Shown here: piece by piece, positions 9,666 to 19,117 of the stretch
How the letters are laid out: each line of letters starts with the position of its first letter
How positions within the stretch are numbered: position 1 is the stretch's first letter
DNA from: Thermofilaceae archaeon
Lineage (GTDB): Archaea > Thermoproteota > Thermoprotei > Thermofilales > Thermofilaceae
NCBI GenBank assembly: GCA_038727095.1
Contig: JAVYWK010000008.1
Coordinates: forward strand, 8,136 to 72,135
Length of the DNA stretch: 64,000 nt
Direction: 5' to 3'
Program-made: the position numbers and the translations under genes
The notes under the pieces: generated by a model
What the model was told of the DNA's origin: nothing
Databases searched by the model: none
What the model saw: the letters and a program-made list of their open reading frames with translations, nothing else

Positions 9666-10758
9666 TGCTGGCCAGCTTCACCAGCCTGTTCTCGTCCACT
9701 TCCACGCCGAGCCCCGGGCCGGTTGGCAGGCTCCTCCTACCCCTCTCCACCGTTGAGCCTCCGCGCGCGCAATCGGAGGCGAGTAATAGATCCGAGTCCA
9801 AGTCGTAGTACACGATGTTCCGCGCGCTGGCGGAGAGGCACACCGCACCCGTGATGCCCAGCCTACCCTCCCCCATGCAGCCTACCATGTTGGCGAGCCC
9901 CGCAGCCTCGCTGGCGTGGGCGACGCGTAGCGCTCCCAGCAGCCCCCCGCTCTTCATCACCTTGATGTTCACTATGTCGGCCGCCTCATGCCTCGCGATC
10001 CTAAACACGTCGGAGGCCCTCTTCACGCTCTCATCGACAGCGATGGGGAGGGGGCTCTCCCTCCTCACCCTCGCTAGCCCGTGCAGGTCGTCCCACTTGA
10101 CCGGCTGCTCCACGTACTCGACGTCGTAGCCCGCGATCCTGCTGATCACCCTAACCGCCTGCTCGACCGTCCAACCCTGGTTCGCGTCCACCCTGATGCG
10201 AACCCCCTCGCCCACCGCGTCTCTAACGGCCCTGACGCGCTCCACATCCTTCTCCGGGTCGAGGCCGAGCTTCAGCTTCAGGATCCTGAAGCCGTCCTCG
10301 ACGAACTTGACAGCCCTCTTTGCCTGCTCCTCCGGCTCCATTATTCCGATCGTGATGTCCGTCTCGACGCTGTCGCGGTAGGGGCCCCCCAGCAGCGCGA
10401 CCACGCTGGTCCTCGCGCTCTTCGCCCAAGCGTCGAGAACCGCTTCTTCGATGGCCGCTGCCGCGCTCGGAGAGGGACAGGATGCGCAGAGCTCGTAAAG
10501 CCTCTCGGGGCTCGGGTCCCGCTCGGCGAGCAGCCCCTCAGCAAGCTGCTTAGCACCTGAGACGACGAGCCCTCTGGTTTCGCCGAGCACAGTGTAGGAG
10601 GGGGATCCCTCACCCCAACCCGTTGTGCCGTCCTCCAGCCTCACCCTTACGATGACGTTCCACGAGGCGGACGAGCTGCCAGTTGCGATCGTGAACACCT
10701 CCCTGTAGGGGAGCTCGACGCAGTAGACCTCTACGCTCTCAACGCGTGCCCAGCTCAC
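9652..10758 (-). CDS. Dipeptide epimerase (L-Ala-D/L-Glu epimerase family, enolase superfamily)
   Basis: FTIATG, KLKLG, DANQGW, EQP, DES, NIK, DLD. Confidence 0.85.
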   Translation of the reverse strand: MSWARVESVEVYCVELPYREVFTIATGSSSASWNVIVRVRLEDGTTGWGEGSPSYTVLGETRGLVVSGAKQLAEGLLAERDPSPERLYELCASCPSPSAAAAIEEAVLDAWAKSARTSVVALLGGPYRDSVETDITIGIMEPEEQAKRAVKFVEDGFRILKLKLGLDPEKDVERVRAVRDAVGEGVRIRVDANQGWTVEQAVRVISRIAGYDVEYVEQPVKWDDLHGLARVRRESPLPIAVDESVKRASDVFRIARHEAADIVNIKVMKSGGLLGALRVAHASEAAGLANMVGCMGEGRLGITGAVCLSASARNIVYYDLDSDLLLASDCARGGSTVERGRRSLPTGPGLGVEVDENRLVKLASIKRS

Positions 10759-10781
10759 GCAGACCCCAATCCCGCCCGGGC

Positions 10782-11003
10782 TTAACGCTTTCTCCGAATT
10801 GTTCTTGCCAGGTTAGCGGCCGCCAGCAGGGCTGCTGCCGCGTTGAGGAGGGTGAAGACGGGATCCCCGATCTGGATGGAGTGGAGCGTCAAGAGGAGGC
10901 TGCCGGCACCGTAAAGGAGCGAGAGCCTCGGCGGCGGCACATCCTTCAGGCTCACGGCCCATGCTGCCACGATCAGCAGCATCCCAGCTACGCCGGTAAG
11001 CAT
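10782..11003 (-). CDS. Small 3-TM membrane protein (SemiSWEET/PQ-loop-like)
   Basis: 73 aa, three hydrophobic helices, GDPVFTLLN in helix 3. Confidence 0.5.
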   Translation of the reverse strand: MLTGVAGMLLIVAAWAVSLKDVPPPRLSLLYGAGSLLLTLHSIQIGDPVFTLLNAAAALLAAANLARTIRRKR

Positions 11004-11014
11004 ACCCGTCGCGG

Positions 11015-13306
11015 TTGGGCAAGGCCTTTAAGGCTCACGCGGCCAATCGGGTTGTGGAGGAGTACGCGGGGGGCGACGAGTTCCTCGAGGAGCTTCGCAG
11101 GGATCGCAAGTTCGTCTACGTAGCGGTCGAGAGGCCCTCGCCGCCCGATCCGGGCCCCCCGGTTGAGCACGTCGTGAAGTCGGAGGAGCTGAGAGCAGCA
11201 CTGAGGGGGAGGGGTATCGAGCGCCTCTACAGATTCCAGGCGGAGGCCGTCCGGCTGCTCGGCTCGGGGAGGAACGTTCTAATCGCGGCCGGCACGGGTA
11301 CGGGGAAGACTGAGGCCTTCCTCATCCCCATACTGGAGCGGGTGCTCGAGGAGCCCTACAGGCCCGAAGTGAGAGCACTGCTCGTCTACCCGACGAAAGC
11401 GCTGGCTAGGGACCAGCTCTCCCGCGTGAACTCCCTCGTGTCGTCCGTCTTTGGCGTGCGCGCGCTGGTGTTCGACGGTGACACGAGCGAGAGGGAGAGG
11501 GAGGTGATATACCAGATGCCGCCCCAGATCCTTGTTACCAACCCGGACATGCTCCACTACGGGATAATGCGCTCGCCTCGCTTCCGAGACCTGATCAGCA
11601 CGGCTGAGTTCGTCGTGCTCGACGACGTCCACGCGTACAGCGGCGTGCTCGGAGCCCACGTCCACTACGTCCTGCGCAGGCTGAGGAGGCTGCTGAGGAG
11701 CGAACCCGTGTTCGCTGGGACGAGCGCTACGATCGGCAACCCGGGGGAGTTCGCGAGCGCGCTCTTCGGCGTCGACGTTGAAGTGGTGGACGCCGGCTCG
11801 GGGAGGAGGGGGCTCATCTACCACGCGCTGGTCAAGCCGGTCGCCCGCTCCAGGCTCGCGGAGGTTGCAAGCCTCGTAGCAGCCTGCGTAAGGAGGGGTT
11901 TGAAGACGATCGCCTTCGCGGACAGCCACAGGGCGGTGGAGCTTATCAGGAGGGTCTGCGCAAGGCTCGGGGTTGAAGTGCTCGTGCACAGGGCCGGTCT
12001 ACTGCCCGCGGAGCGGAGGAGAGTTGAGGAGGCGCTCCAGAGCGGGAGGGTCTTAGCGGTCGCCGCGACCCCAACGCTGGAGCTGGGGATCGACATCGGG
12101 GATCTCGACTGCGTCATCCTGGCCAACGTCCCCCCATCCTACGGCAAGTACGTTCAGAGGACGGGGAGGTGCGGGAGGAGGGGTGGGACCGCGTACGTCT
12201 TCACGGTCCTCGGCAACGACCCGATCAGCCAGTACTACGAGACTTCGCCTAGCGACTTCTTCGGCAAGGGTGTGGAGCCGCTCTTCGTTGAGCCGGGCAA
12301 CGAGGAGGTGGCGAAGATGCACCTCCTCGCGGCGGCGTTCGACAAGCCGTTGAAGCAGAGCGAGTTGAGCCAGCATGAGGCGGCGCTCGCTGAAGCTCTT
12401 GCCGCGGAGGGGTTGCTTCGCTACGTGAAGAGCCGGGACTGGTACAGGCCGACGCAGGCGGCGGCAAAGTACCTGTCCTCCAGGCCCGGCTTGAGGGGCA
12501 TGGGCGAGATCGTCCGGATCCACGATAGGGCGGGAAGGCTGCTGGGCTACAGGGAGATGCCGATGGCCCTCAAGGAGCTGTTCCCGGGGGCCATCTACCT
12601 GCACGGTGGCGGCACGTACGTTTCGCTGGAGCTTAAGGAGGGTAGAGCCGTGGTCGCCCGGCTCCCCGACGACTACCCCTTCCTGACGAGCTCCCTCTAC
12701 TACTCGGAGCCGGTCACCTTTGAGCGGGAGGCGAGTAGGGAGGTTTGGGGCTTCAAAGTGGAGTACGGGCGGCTGCGGGTCAGGGAGATCGTCTACGGCT
12801 ACGTCGTGAAGGAGGCGGAGAGCGGCGCCACAGTGAGAGAGGCCTTACTCAGCGAGGAGTACAGCTACGAGTTCCCGACCAGGGGTATTCTGCTCCGCCT
12901 CCCGCCGAACCCCGAGTGGAGCCTGACGGGGAACGCGGAAGCCTTCCACGCGATCGAGCACGTAACCATCTCAGCCGGGCAGACGGTTGTCGGAGCCTCG
13001 ATGACGGACATGGGCGGCATCAGCTACCCGACCGGCCACATCTTCATCTATGACAGTTACCCGGGCGGCTCAGGCTGCAGCAAGCTGCTCTTCCACCGGC
13101 TTGAGGAAGCGCTGTCGAGGGCTCTCCGCATAATCTCCTCTTGCACTTGCGAGGATGGGTGCCCAAAGTGCATCTACTCGCCCTACTGCGGGAACAACAA
13201 CAAGATCCTCTCCAGGAGGAAAGCCCTCCACCTCCTGACGCTCCTCGCCGGCGGCAAGGCGCCCGCTCCGCCGCCCCTAGAGGTTGCCGGCCAGCCGATC
13301 GCCTAG
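11015..13306 (+). CDS. SF2 helicase with C-terminal DUF1998 Zn-binding domain (Hrq1/SftH/MrfA family)
   Basis: LYRFQ, GTGTGKT, PTKALARDQ, TNPDMLH, SATIGNP, TPTLELGIDIG, QRTGRCGR, CTCEDGCPKC. Confidence 0.9.
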   Translation: MGKAFKAHAANRVVEEYAGGDEFLEELRRDRKFVYVAVERPSPPDPGPPVEHVVKSEELRAALRGRGIERLYRFQAEAVRLLGSGRNVLIAAGTGTGKTEAFLIPILERVLEEPYRPEVRALLVYPTKALARDQLSRVNSLVSSVFGVRALVFDGDTSEREREVIYQMPPQILVTNPDMLHYGIMRSPRFRDLISTAEFVVLDDVHAYSGVLGAHVHYVLRRLRRLLRSEPVFAGTSATIGNPGEFASALFGVDVEVVDAGSGRRGLIYHALVKPVARSRLAEVASLVAACVRRGLKTIAFADSHRAVELIRRVCARLGVEVLVHRAGLLPAERRRVEEALQSGRVLAVAATPTLELGIDIGDLDCVILANVPPSYGKYVQRTGRCGRRGGTAYVFTVLGNDPISQYYETSPSDFFGKGVEPLFVEPGNEEVAKMHLLAAAFDKPLKQSELSQHEAALAEALAAEGLLRYVKSRDWYRPTQAAAKYLSSRPGLRGMGEIVRIHDRAGRLLGYREMPMALKELFPGAIYLHGGGTYVSLELKEGRAVVARLPDDYPFLTSSLYYSEPVTFEREASREVWGFKVEYGRLRVREIVYGYVVKEAESGATVREALLSEEYSYEFPTRGILLRLPPNPEWSLTGNAEAFHAIEHVTISAGQTVVGASMTDMGGISYPTGHIFIYDSYPGGSGCSKLLFHRLEEALSRALRIISSCTCEDGCPKCIYSPYCGNNNKILSRRKALHLLTLLAGGKAPAPPPLEVAGQPIA

Positions 13307-14029
13307 CAGAGGCTCCAGAGCTTCAGGTCGCCTCGCCATTTTGTAATCCCTCACGATTCTGAGCACCTCCTCCTTCGAAACCCCGAACACCTCTCTGACC
13401 CGCTCCGCGAAGGCTGTGTTCCGAAGCATCAGGCCCTGGATGACCTGCGTCACGTTGCTCCTCCCGCTAAGCAGGCTAGCGGTCTCGAAGTCGAATATGA
13501 CCACTCCCAGCTCCGGGGTTACTAGCACGTGGTCGCCGAGCCTCGAGAGCTCCTGGTGGACGAGACTGATCCTATCGAGGGCTAGAGCCTGCCTAATCAG
13601 CTCCCCCACCGCGGCCTTCAGCTCTCCCTCGCTCGCTTTCAAACCCCAATCCTCCAGCGGCACCCCCTCAACGTACTTCCACACCAGGAAGTTCCTCGAG
13701 GCCGCCAGCAGCCGCGGCCCCACCCCCACCTTGTTGGCCAAGCGCAGCTTCTCAGCCTCCCCCAGCAGAGAGGGCCTGTTCGCGTCGAGACGCCTCACCT
13801 TCACTGCCACGTCAACCCCCATCCGCCTCCCCTTAACCACTATGCCCACAGTCCCCTTTGCGACCACTCTGAGACCCCAAAGCTCCACACGACCCTCAAA
13901 AGCCAGCTCGTCGACGCCGAGCAAGCTCAACTCCACCAGCCTCCTCACAGCGCCCTCCCTATCGAAGGCTGGGTACGTGAGAACAGACAACTGCCGATCG
14001 CTCAACCGCCACAGCCTGACTCCGCCCAC
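13277..14029 (-). CDS. Archaeal Ser/Thr protein kinase-like protein (COG2112-like)
   Basis: AKGTVGIV, VAVK, VGPRL, HQELSR, IFDFE; start uncertain (GTG 14029 or TTG 14050). Confidence 0.75.
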   Translation of the reverse strand: MGGVRLWRLSDRQLSVLTYPAFDREGAVRRLVELSLLGVDELAFEGRVELWGLRVVAKGTVGIVVKGRRMGVDVAVKVRRLDANRPSLLGEAEKLRLANKVGVGPRLLAASRNFLVWKYVEGVPLEDWGLKASEGELKAAVGELIRQALALDRISLVHQELSRLGDHVLVTPELGVVIFDFETASLLSGRSNVTQVIQGLMLRNTAFAERVREVFGVSKEEVLRIVRDYKMARRPEALEPLLGDRLAGNL

Positions 14030-14183
14030 CTTAACCGTTAATCCAGGCAATCGTACAGCAATGTGCTTTGCGTCCGCCTGTGAAAAACGAAAACGCCCTC
14101 ACGATCATGAAATGCGTTAACGCCAGACTCTTGGGCTGAATGCTGGCGTCGACGCTGCGTCAAGCGGTAGCCACACGCTTTTC

Positions 14184-15584
14184 TCAATCCGCTTCCAGCA
14201 TCCATGGTTCCTTTCTGGTGAGCCACCCGTAGAGGTGGGCCCTGTAGCTATCAAGGGTGCTCGCTTTGACCACCTCCCCGCCTGTGAGGATCTGAAACCC
14301 GCTCTTCGCGCACTCCGTCAAGTGTTCACCGATGTTGTACGTGGAGAGCAGCTTGGTTAACGCTTCGCGTGCGTTCCGCACTTTCCTTGGCCTGATGACG
14401 ACCCACCTATCACCTTCGATGTAGGGGCCGGCTACGCAGCGGCCAGCCGCGTACGCTGAAATGAAGCGCTCGTCGTGGTCGGAGTATACGGGTGGGCCCT
14501 CGTGCCTCTCGAGCGGAGGAAGCTCCAGCGTCTCCAGCTCGAAGAGGAGTACCACCTCCCCACCCTCGGCCCACGCCGAGGCTCCAATGACGGGGAAGCC
14601 GAAGCGTTCAAGCCCGCTCTGTAGAGCTCTCAAGGCCCTCTTCACCTGCCCCCAGAGGATATCCTCGGGTAACGTCGGAACCCTCAGCTTCACCGCAGCT
14701 ACCGCCCTACCCTCGAGTAGAGCCTCGAGCTGCCTCGGCTCGGGCGTCACAGGGTAGAAGAAGTGGATTGAAGGTTTCCTGAGGAAGGCGCGGGCGGCAG
14801 CGATGAACCTGCTCAGGCTCTCCAGCGAGACGGGGCTGGCCACGTTCCTGCCCGGGTCGACGGGGTCGATGACGACCAAAGGGTCCTTGAACCGCTCGAG
14901 GATGCTCCGCTTATCAGGGTAGTGACCCTCGATATCGATGACCGTCCTGTACGGCTTCCACCGGGCAGCCGACCTTATGAAATCCGGGAAGGAGCCGTAA
15001 TGGATCACGAGGAGCTCCAGAAGGTAGCCGGAGAAGCCCTCAACCTTCACTTCTGCGCCGTAGACGCCGGTGCCCTTCGCAAAGCGCTTCAGGATCCTTA
15101 CATCCTTCCTCAACTCCGGCTTCTCGTCGAGCCTCATCCTCACGTAGGAAGTGTGGAAGGGCGTCCTGTCGACTGGAGACCTTATCTGGAGGGGGCTTGG
15201 AACCCTGTAGGCGGGAACCACGTCGATGCTGCACGCGTCCAGCAGTAGGGTTAGGTAGGGGTGGGAGGCGAACCTCTCGACACATTTGGCTCCAACGAGC
15301 TGCGCCGCCATCCTGGCCGCAGCTAGGCCGCCCGCCCTGAGCTCCTCGAGGCTGACGCCCGTGTCAAAGAGGAGGAAGACGTCTACGTCAACGTCGCCCG
15401 ACAGCCAGGTGTCTTTGGCGTACGAGCCTTCAACTTCGACCTCCGCCCTTAGGGCCAGCTCAGCTACAGCTTTGCGGAGCCCTTCAACCACGTTTTCTAC
15501 CACAGCGCCTACTCGCTCCCTCTCTTCCGGCGAGGGCGTGACCCTCCTCAGGACCTCGGCTAGCACAGCCTCGAACTCGTTCAT
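14184..15584 (-). CDS. cca: CCA-adding tRNA nucleotidyltransferase (class I)
   Basis: GSYAKDTWLSGDVDVDVF, HPY, DRTPFH, GFSGYLLELL. Confidence 0.95.
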   Translation of the reverse strand: MNEFEAVLAEVLRRVTPSPEERERVGAVVENVVEGLRKAVAELALRAEVEVEGSYAKDTWLSGDVDVDVFLLFDTGVSLEELRAGGLAAARMAAQLVGAKCVERFASHPYLTLLLDACSIDVVPAYRVPSPLQIRSPVDRTPFHTSYVRMRLDEKPELRKDVRILKRFAKGTGVYGAEVKVEGFSGYLLELLVIHYGSFPDFIRSAARWKPYRTVIDIEGHYPDKRSILERFKDPLVVIDPVDPGRNVASPVSLESLSRFIAAARAFLRKPSIHFFYPVTPEPRQLEALLEGRAVAAVKLRVPTLPEDILWGQVKRALRALQSGLERFGFPVIGASAWAEGGEVVLLFELETLELPPLERHEGPPVYSDHDERFISAYAAGRCVAGPYIEGDRWVVIRPRKVRNAREALTKLLSTYNIGEHLTECAKSGFQILTGGEVVKASTLDSYRAHLYGWLTRKEPWMLEAD

Positions 15585-16141
15585 CTCCTCGCCGCCCGCT
15601 CGTAGAGGGTCTGGTAGATCGGTCCTCGCGAGGTAAGAGTGCTCTTCTTCAGCCTGAACCTGTCCACGAGCATGGAGCCGACCTCAACGTGAGAAGCCTC
15701 CTGCAGCATTCGGGGGAGGCCCCCAACACCCCCCTTCACTCGGGCTATCGTCAAGTGCGGTGTGAACTCTTCCTCCGGCTTCGGCAGCTTGAGCTTGGAG
15801 AGAGCAGCGTTCACCTTGGCGCTGAGCTCTGACAGCTCCCTCGCGCCCTCCTGCACCCCCACCCACACGACTCGCGGCCTCCTCGCGTCCGGGAAAGCGC
15901 CCAACCCGGCGAAGCGCGCCGTGAAGGGCTCGAAGCCCACCACCTCAAGCGCCGCTTTAATCCTCTCCACGGTTTCCAGGGGGACTTCGCCGATGAACCT
16001 GAGAGTCAAGTGCAAGTTCTCCAATTCCACCAGCTTGATGCTTGCGCCAGTGGCCTTCAGTTGCTCCTGCAGTTCTGCCACTCGGGCGACTATAAGCGGC
16101 TCCTCTACATCCACCGCTACGAAGCACCTGATTAGGCTCAC
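15581..16141 (-). CDS. thpR: RNA 2',3'-cyclic phosphodiesterase (2H family)
   Basis: Two HLT motifs, RCFVAV, GPIY; adjacent to cca. Confidence 0.93.
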   Translation of the reverse strand: MSLIRCFVAVDVEEPLIVARVAELQEQLKATGASIKLVELENLHLTLRFIGEVPLETVERIKAALEVVGFEPFTARFAGLGAFPDARRPRVVWVGVQEGARELSELSAKVNAALSKLKLPKPEEEFTPHLTIARVKGGVGGLPRMLQEASHVEVGSMLVDRFRLKKSTLTSRGPIYQTLYERAARR

Positions 16142-16177
16142 ACGCTAGGCGCCTAGCCTCTCCTTATAGTTTCATCG

Positions 16178-16576
16178 CTAGGCCGGAGGTATGTTGGAGT
16201 CGAGGAGCCACTTCGCCATTCGATCGCAGTTGAGGATCCTGGAGGGGTCGCCGCAGATGGTCAGCAGAGGGCAGTAGAAGCAGGGAATATCATCCAGTTC
16301 ATCGGGGAGCTTGGGCATGAAGCGGAGCTTCCTGGTGGGTTTGAGGAGGTATACCCTCCTCCCCTTGTGAACCACGGTTTCGCGGGAGACCAGCCCCATC
16401 TTCTCGAGCCTCTTGATAATCCTGCTGCCCTTCCTGCTGTCGATGTTCAATAAGTGCCACACATCTCTCTGCAGAATCCCGGCTTCCCCGGCGGCTGAGA
16501 CTAGCTCAAGCAGGCGCCTCTCGAGCTGCTCGCCACCACCTTCGCTGAGTCGGAGTTCCCTAGCTTCGTTACGCAT
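16178..16576 (-). CDS. Transcription factor E beta subunit (RPC34-like winged helix plus Fe-S Cys cluster)
   Basis: wHTH (GILQRDVW...RLEKMGLV) plus PCFYCPLLTICG...CDRMAKW; neighbours tfb paralog and gar1. Confidence 0.75.
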   Translation of the reverse strand: MRNEARELRLSEGGGEQLERRLLELVSAAGEAGILQRDVWHLLNIDSRKGSRIIKRLEKMGLVSRETVVHKGRRVYLLKPTRKLRFMPKLPDELDDIPCFYCPLLTICGDPSRILNCDRMAKWLLDSNIPPA

Positions 16577-16638
16577 ATCTACACCTCACTCCCTTTTTCT
16601 GGGGAGGGGTGAGGTAAAAAGTTTCTCTTTATTGCTCG

Positions 16639-17505
16639 TTATACTTGGACGGTTATGTCGAGCCTCTTCATCAACTCCTTCGCACGCTTCCTCAGGGTGG
16701 TCTCGGTGATCCCAGCCGCCTCAGCTATCTCCTGCCTTCCTCGCTCCCTCTCCCCGTGGATGAGTGTGGCTATATAGAGGGCTGCCGCTGCTACGCTTCT
16801 CGGCGGTTTGCCGAGTATGATCTTGCCCTCCTCGGCTGCTTTGATAATCTCGGCTGCTGTGCGTTGAACCTTCGTGCTCACGCCGAGCTTTCCGGCTATC
16901 ATCGGTACGTACTTAAGAGGGGTAGGTGGTTTCAGGATCACTCTTTTGCCTAAACACTCGAGCAGCGCTGTGTAGCAGCGGCGCACTCTCTGCATATCCG
17001 CAGCCGAAAGCTCCACCAGCTTGTGGGTGACGCTCGGTAGACCGAACTCCCTGCAGGCTAGGGCGAGGCACGCGACAGCCATAGCAGCGACGCTCCCGCC
17101 CTTGAGTAGCCCCTCCTTATGGGCTACGGTGAAGAGCCTTTGAGCCTCCTCCTTAACCTGCTGTGGCAGCTGAGCCGCCGCAGCTATCCGCGCGATCTCC
17201 CTTTTCCCCGCGCTTACGCTCCTCTCGTCGGCTGAGATAGAATCTTGGATGAGTGAAAGACGGGCGAACTCGTACCTTCTTTCCGCGCTGAGTGCTCCCG
17301 GCCGGCCGATCACGGTGGCCAGGCGCGAGGGCGCCTTCACAGGTTCGGCTCTCGCTCTCGCGACTAACTGCTCCCCGTCGTACGCCCTCCACTCCTGCCC
17401 CGTGTCGACAACCTCTTCGACGACAAAGCCGCAGTCGCTGCACTTAACCTCCCCATGGTCCTGGTCGAGGATCACCTTCTCCGAGCCGCAATTGGGGCAC
17501 TTCAT
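16639..17505 (-). CDS. tfb: Transcription initiation factor IIB paralog
   Basis: Zn ribbon CPNCG..CSDCG, EWRAYD, two cyclin folds, GITETTLRKR. Confidence 0.9.
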   Translation of the reverse strand: MKCPNCGSEKVILDQDHGEVKCSDCGFVVEEVVDTGQEWRAYDGEQLVARARAEPVKAPSRLATVIGRPGALSAERRYEFARLSLIQDSISADERSVSAGKREIARIAAAAQLPQQVKEEAQRLFTVAHKEGLLKGGSVAAMAVACLALACREFGLPSVTHKLVELSAADMQRVRRCYTALLECLGKRVILKPPTPLKYVPMIAGKLGVSTKVQRTAAEIIKAAEEGKIILGKPPRSVAAAALYIATLIHGERERGRQEIAEAAGITETTLRKRAKELMKRLDITVQV

Positions 17506-17762
17506 CGGCCCCCACCCCTCCTTTTCGATGCTTCAGTAGCGTATAGCAAGCGGTTGAGCAGGTAGCTGGGTTGCCGCAGCCTCGGAGATGTTACTTTCAC
17601 GACGACGTAGGGAGAAGAAACGGGGCCGATGATGTCGTACACGAAACCGACCACGTTGGCTGAGGAGTCGTACACCTGCGCCCCCAGCTTTGGTAAGGCT
17701 TCCGCCTTTACGACAAGCTTACCATTGCGGGTAACTTTAACCACCTTACCGATCGCCAGCAT
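17502..17762 (-). CDS. gar1: H/ACA RNP protein Gar1
   Basis: LPKLGAQVYD...VGFVYDIIGPVSSPYVVVK; start set at ATG 17762 behind a TATA-like box. Confidence 0.85.
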   Translation of the reverse strand: MLAIGKVVKVTRNGKLVVKAEALPKLGAQVYDSSANVVGFVYDIIGPVSSPYVVVKVTSPRLRQPSYLLNRLLYATEASKRRGGGR

Positions 17763-17893
17763 AACGCTGAATTGTGACTGCACCCATGCTCTTAAGTTGA
17801 TAGTGCCTTGCTCCGTCACTTTCGAGCAGCCCTCGTAAGAATACGCCTAGCGGATAATCTTATAACGCGATTGCGCCGGTAGGCTTGCATCCC

Positions 17894-19111
17894 ATGTCGG
17901 AAGTGGAAAGGCTGAGGCTGCAAGAGTTCCTGCGCGAGCTGAAGAAGAAGGAGGGTAGGGGGACGGAGCTGATCTCACTGTACGTTCCAGCGGGTAGGCC
18001 GATCAGCGAGGTAGCTGAGGTCCTAAGGAGCGAGTACTCAGCCGCGTCCAACATCAAGGATCGCACAACGAGGCACCACGTCCTCGACGCTCTAACGGCC
18101 GTGATGCAGAGGCTGAAGCTCTTCAAAACGACGCCGCCCAACGGGCTCGTGATCTTCGCCGGGTACGTCGCGGGCGACGTGCCAGGAAACGAGAAGCTGG
18201 AGGTTCACGTGATCGAGCCCCCCCAAAGGCTGAAGGTGTGGCTCTACCGGTGCGACTCGAGGTTCTACACGGAGATACTGGAGGACATGGTGGCGGTGAA
18301 GGGAGCCTACGGGTTGATAGCGGTGGACTCCGGCGAGGCCGCTTTCGGGGTATTGCGCGGCAAGAGCCTTGAAGTGGTGAAGGAGATCGAATCGGGTATC
18401 CCCAGGAAGCACAGGGCTGGTGGTCAGTCAGCCAGGAGGTTCGAGAGGATTATCGAGCAGCTTACCCATGAGTTCTATAAGAGGGTGGGCGAGTACGCCA
18501 ACAAGATTTTCCTCGAGATCCCCGATTTGAAGGGCATCATCGTGGGCGGCCCAGGGCCGGCGAAGGAGGACTTCCTGAAGGGCGACTACCTCCACTACCA
18601 GCTGAAGGAGAAGATCCTGGGGGTCTTCGACATCGGGTACAGCGGGGAAGCAGGCATCTACGAGCTGGTGAACAGGGCTGAGGAGCTGCTTAGGGACGTC
18701 CAGTACATTAGGGAAAGGGAGGCGGTGAACGAGCTGCTCTACAACGTCTCCCGAGACACGGGGATGGCAGTCTACGGCGAGCAGGAGGTAAGAAGGGCTC
18801 TGGAGCAGAAAGCCGTAAAGACGCTCTTGCTCTCAGAAATTTTAAGAAAGGAAGTCGTTAGCTACAGGTGCAGGGTTTGCAATTTCGAGGAACGCGTGAC
18901 CGTGGACGCCTCGGCCAGCGTATCCTGCAGGAAGTGCGGCTCCCCGAACGTCGAGGAGCTGGAGAGGGTGTCTCTTATCGAGGACTTGGCGAAGCTCGCT
19001 GAGGAGGGAGGGGGCGAAGTCGTGCTCGTCTCAACGGAGACTGGAGAGGGGAAGGAGTTCGCGCGCATCTTCAGCGGGATCGCTGCGATACTCAGGTACA
19101 AGATCCAGTAG
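17894..19111 (+). CDS. prf1: Peptide chain release factor aRF1
   Basis: GRGTELISLY, NIK, YRCD, GGQS, GIAAILRY. Confidence 0.97.
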   Translation: MSEVERLRLQEFLRELKKKEGRGTELISLYVPAGRPISEVAEVLRSEYSAASNIKDRTTRHHVLDALTAVMQRLKLFKTTPPNGLVIFAGYVAGDVPGNEKLEVHVIEPPQRLKVWLYRCDSRFYTEILEDMVAVKGAYGLIAVDSGEAAFGVLRGKSLEVVKEIESGIPRKHRAGGQSARRFERIIEQLTHEFYKRVGEYANKIFLEIPDLKGIIVGGPGPAKEDFLKGDYLHYQLKEKILGVFDIGYSGEAGIYELVNRAEELLRDVQYIREREAVNELLYNVSRDTGMAVYGEQEVRRALEQKAVKTLLLSEILRKEVVSYRCRVCNFEERVTVDASASVSCRKCGSPNVEELERVSLIEDLAKLAEEGGGEVVLVSTETGEGKEFARIFSGIAAILRYKIQ

Positions 19112-19117
19112 CGCGAG

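Noticed and set aside
13540-13570. Kinase catalytic loop HQELSR instead of HGDL
   Set aside because: HxELS-type loop is, to my knowledge, normal for this archaeal kinase family
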